In this document: piece by piece, positions 59,039 to 64,000 of the stretch | How the letters are laid out: every line of letters starts with the position of its first letter | How positions within the stretch are numbered: position 1 is the stretch's first letter | Assembly (NCBI GenBank): GCA_951813565.1 | Contig: OX638351.1 | Coordinates: 3,424,001-3,488,000 of the forward strand | Source of the DNA: an uncultured Poribacteria bacterium | GTDB taxonomy: Bacteria > Poribacteria > WGA-4E > WGA-3G | Length of the DNA stretch: 64,000 bases | Direction: 5' to 3' | Notes under the pieces: model-generated | What the model saw: only the letters and a program-made list of their open reading frames with translations | The model's database searches: none | What the model was told of the DNA's origin: nothing | Position numbers and translations under genes: made by a program

Positions 59039-60313
59039 TTACACAGCTTTTAACACGTGATCACAAAATTCTCGAACCGCTCCATGACCACCGCGATGGG
59101 TAAGAACGATATCTGCTGCATCAAGCACAGACGGATGTGCATCGGCAACTGCGATACCACACCCAACCATACAGATACATTCCAAGTCATTCACATCGTT
59201 GCCGATGTAAACAACATCACCCATATCTGCACCATATTGTTTTGTCAGCCTCAATAGTGCAGAACGTTTATCGTCAATACCTTGATCACACGGAAGATTA
59301 AGTTTTTTACAACGTGCAGCAACAACAGGGTTTCGTTCAGTGGAAAGGACAATAACCTGTACACCGGACTTTCGTAGCATAGATAATCCCATTCCATCAC
59401 TTCTATTACAAGCAACAGATTCTTCACCTGATTCTGATACCCAAACTCGATTGTCGGTTAACACACCGTCAAAATCCAGCACAACTAAGGCTGGTTTAGA
59501 CGGAATTGTGTTTTTTAGATTGTTTGTTATATGTTTGTTTCGGACATCTTTTTTTGGGATGTCTATATCAAGATTGTCGCGCGATAATTTCCACTCTGCG
59601 TGTTCCCAGTCTTCAAGGGTATCAATATCGGTGCAGTATTTCGGTTCAATTATTAACGGTAGCACGCGTTCACCTGTGAGCGAGTTTTTTTGAATAATAG
59701 TTTCGTGGCGAATCACGTCAAGATGTCCAGTCTGCCAAAAGGTTTTTGGTAATTTCTGGCGCGGCATGTTGTATGGTTCGGGAAATTCATCGCCTAATAG
59801 TGGAATGAGATATTTTTCACCTGTCCGCCACATTTTGTAGGGATTCTGCTGAGACGGTATTACAGTCCGAACACAATCAGCTTGATTGTCCTCCGAAAGC
59901 AATTTAACCGCCGCATCAATCGAACCTTTCGGGCGCAGCGGGGATGTAGGACGCAGTTGAACAATCATTTGTGGCACATAGTTTTCATTACTTTTAAGCC
60001 ATGTGAGCGCATGTTCAAAGAGCGGAAAATCTTGCGCGTCGTCAGTTGCCAACTCATCAGGACGCATAAACGGGACTTCTGCTCCATAGACTCGCGCAAC
60101 TTCAGCGATTTCCTCGTCATCAGTAGAAATAATAAGCCGTGTGACTGATGCAGAGGCAAGTGCAGAAGCGATGCTATAAGCGATCAACGGGTGTCCGCCA
60201 AGGTTTCGTATGTTTTTGCCCGGAATACCTTTTGAACCACCTCGCGCTTGAACAACCGCTAAGGCCTCCAACTTTTTAGAATTCGCAGATGGGTTTGGCT
60301 TTTGATCTACCAT
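59039..60313 (-). CDS. neuA: Acylneuraminate cytidylyltransferase fused to a KdsC/YrbI-type HAD phosphatase
   Basis: ARGGSKGIPGKN, LRPTSPLR and DIDT, followed by DFDGVLTD, IGNDVND and GGHGAVRE. Confidence 0.88.
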   Translation of the reverse strand: MVDQKPNPSANSKKLEALAVVQARGGSKGIPGKNIRNLGGHPLIAYSIASALASASVTRLIISTDDEEIAEVARVYGAEVPFMRPDELATDDAQDFPLFEHALTWLKSNENYVPQMIVQLRPTSPLRPKGSIDAAVKLLSEDNQADCVRTVIPSQQNPYKMWRTGEKYLIPLLGDEFPEPYNMPRQKLPKTFWQTGHLDVIRHETIIQKNSLTGERVLPLIIEPKYCTDIDTLEDWEHAEWKLSRDNLDIDIPKKDVRNKHITNNLKNTIPSKPALVVLDFDGVLTDNRVWVSESGEESVACNRSDGMGLSMLRKSGVQVIVLSTERNPVVAARCKKLNLPCDQGIDDKRSALLRLTKQYGADMGDVVYIGNDVNDLECICMVGCGIAVADAHPSVLDAADIVLTHRGGHGAVREFCDHVLKAV

Positions 60314-61131
60314 GCTGTCCAACCCCCATCAACCACGAGATTTGCGCCTGTCATATACGACGCTGCGTCAGAAGCAACAAATAAGAGCGCACCGCAGTAT
60401 TCCGATTTTTCTGCCATACGTCCCAACGGCGTGCGGTAACTATACCGTCTTACAAATTCGTCATCGTGTTCATTAAATACACCGCCAAGTGTCAAGGCGT
60501 TGACTCGTATGTTTTTGCCTGCCCAGTACGTTGCGAGATAGCGTGTTAAACCGAGCACAGCACTCTTTGTAACCGAGTAAGTTATAGGTTTATAAGTCCG
60601 CTGTTGTGTCGGATCATCTTTCTCATAGAGCCTCTGATCGGGCCCAACCACTCCATAAGTTGAGCAGATATTGATAATAACACCGCTTTTCTGTTCAAGC
60701 ATCGGTCGAGCAACAGCCTGCGAGCAGAGGAACATACCTGTCAAATCAACTGCTACGCTTTCATTCCAGAGTTCTAATGGATAATCTTCAAACGTATTTG
60801 TATGTTCAGACGCATGTTCGGTATCAAATTTTGGATCAAGCGCAGCATTGTTAACAAGGATATCAATTCTGCCAAATTCGTCAAGGGTTCGAGTAACCAT
60901 TGCTTGAACAGACATCTTATCGGTGACATCAGTTTCAACGCCGATTGCCTTTGGGTGTTTTTTACTACTGATTTGGTGTGCGTAATCCTTCGCAGCACCG
61001 CCCCGCAAATCTGCAACCACTACATGGACAGAGGCTTCAGCAAAGGCACGGCAATATTCTTTCCCCAGCATACCAGCACCACCTGTTACGATAGCCACCT
61101 TTCCAGCTAAATCAAACAAATCTTCCTTCAT
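60307..61131 (-). CDS. SDR oxidoreductase (PtmA-like context)
   Basis: TGGAGMLG, NNAA, YSVTK and TGANLVVDGG. Confidence 0.92.
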   Translation of the reverse strand: MKEDLFDLAGKVAIVTGGAGMLGKEYCRAFAEASVHVVVADLRGGAAKDYAHQISSKKHPKAIGVETDVTDKMSVQAMVTRTLDEFGRIDILVNNAALDPKFDTEHASEHTNTFEDYPLELWNESVAVDLTGMFLCSQAVARPMLEQKSGVIINICSTYGVVGPDQRLYEKDDPTQQRTYKPITYSVTKSAVLGLTRYLATYWAGKNIRVNALTLGGVFNEHDDEFVRRYSYRTPLGRMAEKSEYCGALLFVASDAASYMTGANLVVDGGWTAW

Positions 61132-61162
61132 CCGAAAACCCTTGTATAGTCGAATACCATCA

Positions 61163-62155
61163 CTATGAAATTATTATCTCTTTTCCTTCTCTATTCGACT
61201 CTTTGGCTGCGAGCACAATCTTTTGAGCAGCAATTCCATCGTCAAGGTTAACACACGGTTCTGTCCCATTTTCAATACAACTGAGGAGGTGTTTTACCTC
61301 CTCAATAAAAAGTGTATTTCGCTCAAAGTCTGAATCCATTTCTACTGTTTCCGATGTTGCCGTATCGGTCCGATAATACTGGACCGCGCCATGAGCATTA
61401 TCCCAAAGAATATGTCCGCGCTGCCCTGTAATTTGTAATACATGTGAAGGTAGTCGCTGAACATAATCAAGATGAACAGTTCCGAGGGCACCATTAGCAA
61501 ATCGTAGCATCACATTTGCCGTGTCTTCAACCTCAATATCTAATCCACCCGCTTGTGCCGTCATCGCTGATACTGTGTCAACCTCTCCAATAAGCCATCG
61601 TAAGTAATCAAAAGGGTGACACAGCGTAAGCAAAACACCACCACCAAGGTCGCTGCGTGCTGCATATCCAATACGGTAGTCTTCCCAAGGATGCCACGCA
61701 GGAAGATATTCTCCCCAATGTACGTGAACAGATGTAACAGGACCGATCACATCACTGTCAAGTAACTCTTTAATGTGCTGCAAACCAGGGTGAAACCGAA
61801 ATTGAAACCCTACAAGCACTTTCACATCTTGCTGCTTCACAATGTCTGCTAAGGTTGATACCCTATCCATTGTATGAGAAATAGGTTTTTCTAATAAAAG
61901 ATGGCAGCCTGCTTCGGCAGCAGGGATTGCAATATCAAGATGTAATGAAGTCGGATTTGAAACAACAACAATATCGGGAGAATGATTTTTTAGTGCCTCC
62001 ATTATATTTTGTTCTGTTGGCAAATCGCCCAATTCATCGTCCGGAAGAGTCGCGCGACGTGAGCGTAACAGCACAAATTCACGAGCATTCAACGTTTGAA
62101 AATTCCGCAAGTGTCGCCTACCAATGGAGCCTAAGCCTGCAATCAGAATTTTCAT
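61163..62155 (-). CDS. Gfo/Idh/MocA oxidoreductase (PtmF-like context)
   Basis: GLGSIGRRH, LLEKP, GFQFRFHP and GGGVLLTLCH. Confidence 0.9.
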   Translation of the reverse strand: MKILIAGLGSIGRRHLRNFQTLNAREFVLLRSRRATLPDDELGDLPTEQNIMEALKNHSPDIVVVSNPTSLHLDIAIPAAEAGCHLLLEKPISHTMDRVSTLADIVKQQDVKVLVGFQFRFHPGLQHIKELLDSDVIGPVTSVHVHWGEYLPAWHPWEDYRIGYAARSDLGGGVLLTLCHPFDYLRWLIGEVDTVSAMTAQAGGLDIEVEDTANVMLRFANGALGTVHLDYVQRLPSHVLQITGQRGHILWDNAHGAVQYYRTDTATSETVEMDSDFERNTLFIEEVKHLLSCIENGTEPCVNLDDGIAAQKIVLAAKESNREGKEIIIS

Positions 62156-62497
62156 TGTAATACAATCATCTCCTATTATCCGACAAAATCCAATTTATTT
62201 TTTATAAGACAAAAAATGCTTAATAAGTATACAATATAAATTGACATATTTGCAAGCGTATTTCACGACCAAGTCAGTGGTATTTAGCTTCAAGTTTTTA
62301 GCGGTTTCAGCAAGAAAATCGCGAACAAAAATTCACTTCTGCTGAAAATTGTGAATATCAGTCATCTAATTGCCATCAAATTAAAACGTATATTCTTTAT
62401 GTCTGTTTACAGCATAAAACTTTTGACACGGTTATCTGTGTTTAATATAAATTCACATTAGCACAATATCCTGCCGTTTAAGTCCGTTAAATTAAAT

Positions 62498-62758
62498 GAG
62501 GGGTGTGCATAAATATTTGGCGCATCAACACAGACAGGGACAGACGCCAGGTGCCGCTTTATTTATAGAAATGCGTTTGTAGTCGCGCAATTCATTGCCA
62601 AATCAACGCAGCATGCGCCAAATCAACGGTCCGAATGCCTTATGGCATTCCCCGTGTGGCATGCTGCGCCTCTTTGAACTTGTGGACGGAAACCCACGGC
62701 GTGTGCCTATTACCTTTAAGCGCATATTTAACATCGGAATTATTTATGCACACCACTC
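62498..62758. mobile_element. MITE with an 18-bp TIR and an 8-bp TSD (IS256-like ends by inference)
   Basis: GAGGGGTGTGCATAAATA ... TATTTATGCACACCACTC, flanked by AATTAAAT (62490-62497, 62759-62766). Confidence 0.82.
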
Positions 62759-62883
62759 AATTAAATGGAGTACAATTTCAATCTAATTATAGTTGAAAAA
62801 TGTTGCATAAATATAACTTTAATTTGAAAAAAACGGATAAAACGCGATAACGTGTGTTGGGAGTGCGCTATTCAAATTCCCAC

Positions 62884-63615
62884 TTATTTTGGGTAAATAT
62901 ATTTGGGGAGGTCTCGGAGTGCGATGACGGTATAGCGATTTTCAGCAAGATACACCATATAGGATTCAAAAACTTTTGGATCTGTGTGAACCCACGGATG
63001 TTCCAGATCAGGTGCACCGTGAAACGTTAGAACAGCTATATTTTCATCTGTTGCTTGTTCAAGTGCCCACGTAAAATCGTCAAAGTTCCAATTCGGTCCA
63101 GATGCACCTGTGGTTGGAATAAGGAGAGGATGGTGAACTGTCGGGTTATACGCGGGACCTCTACCGCCTTCTGAGTCGTAAGGAAACTCCGGTGCAACAC
63201 CCCGTCGCGCAAAATGGAAACCGTGTTCTGCTACGGTTTTAACTGCCGCCTCGTTATGACTGTAACCCGGATAGCAGAAGGTTGTTGGACGTGAGATGCC
63301 GTATGTCTCACAACGCGCATCAATATGCTGCAAATCGCTCTTCAACTCTTGATCGGATTGTTGCGTAACATTTCGGTGATGACGCGTATGGTTGCCGATT
63401 TCAAAACCTGTTTCATGCAAACTACGCACCTCTTCCCATGTCATATAGGCTTCTTTATTCTTCAGAAAACCGAGTCCTTCAGTAATATAAAATGTTGCCC
63501 CGAAGCCGTATTGTGTGAGAATCGGCGCCACAAAAGTCGCCTGTGATTTACATCCATCATCAAATGTAAGAACAACAAGTTTTTCAGGAATAGATTTGGA
63601 TATAGTCTTTTTCAT
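62884..63615 (-). CDS. Polysaccharide deacetylase (CE4/NodB family)
   Basis: LTFDDG, ATFYI, EIGNHTRHH, FCYPG and LTFH. Confidence 0.9.
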   Translation of the reverse strand: MKKTISKSIPEKLVVLTFDDGCKSQATFVAPILTQYGFGATFYITEGLGFLKNKEAYMTWEEVRSLHETGFEIGNHTRHHRNVTQQSDQELKSDLQHIDARCETYGISRPTTFCYPGYSHNEAAVKTVAEHGFHFARRGVAPEFPYDSEGGRGPAYNPTVHHPLLIPTTGASGPNWNFDDFTWALEQATDENIAVLTFHGAPDLEHPWVHTDPKVFESYMVYLAENRYTVIALRDLPKYIYPK

Positions 63616-64000
63616 GTTTGTAATATTATTTATTTTTTAACTTGAGGATGTTGATGTTATGTCAAATAGGAAACCTAACCCACTGAATATCATAGGTCTA
63701 TTCGGCGTTGATTCACAGTGTATCAATAATTATTGTTTTCACCATAGATCGAAAATATCGCGCTTACAAAGCGCTCCCACAAGAGAACCAATTAAACCCA
63801 ACAAAGCGATATCTTTTCTTGTGGGAGGGGTTTGTAACCCCGATTTATAGTAAAACCTAAAAATATTGGAACATTTCCCGGTAGATGCGGTTTCCCAATC
63901 GCATCGGAGACTCAATAAGCACGGTTCGGTTAGGAAACCTAACCCGCTGAATATCATAGGTGTATTCAGCATTGATTTGGACGAATGCCAAAAAGCGCAT

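Overview
This is a bacterial window of moderately low GC. The many WD40 and ECF-sigma/WD40 paralogs, a LamG protein ending in 'VEPADKLSTTWGALK' and an Rpn nuclease suggest Candidatus Poribacteria (inference from gene content only). In order, the window holds: (1) the 3' end of ligA and an XRE + ImmA/IrrE pair; (2) an uncharacterised envelope operon made of a 2427-aa LysM/PA/degenerate split-M28/MacB-FtsX permease fusion, a small membrane protein, an OPT-like transporter, an unknown protein, a PqqD/RRE-like protein and an ABC ATPase, interrupted by an rpn gene that itself carries a tnpB-only IS200/IS605 element; (3) SelA-like, MBL hydrolase, GalU-like and LamG genes; (4) a decayed Cys/His-rich secreted-protein operon with a candidate sRNA and an IS630; (5) mazG and a nadD-like gene; (6) a ~25-kb minus-strand array of ECF sigma, sigma-WD40 and secreted WD40 genes in several states of domain loss, with a second tnpB IS; (7) a nonulosonic-acid (neuB, neuA-HAD) cluster and a polysaccharide deacetylase. 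Intergenic DNA is dense with nested MITEs, REP-like hairpins and AAATCAAC-led micro-hairpins. I saw no rRNA, intact tRNA, CRISPR array or reverse transcriptase. All family calls come from motifs recognised by eye; no database searches were run.
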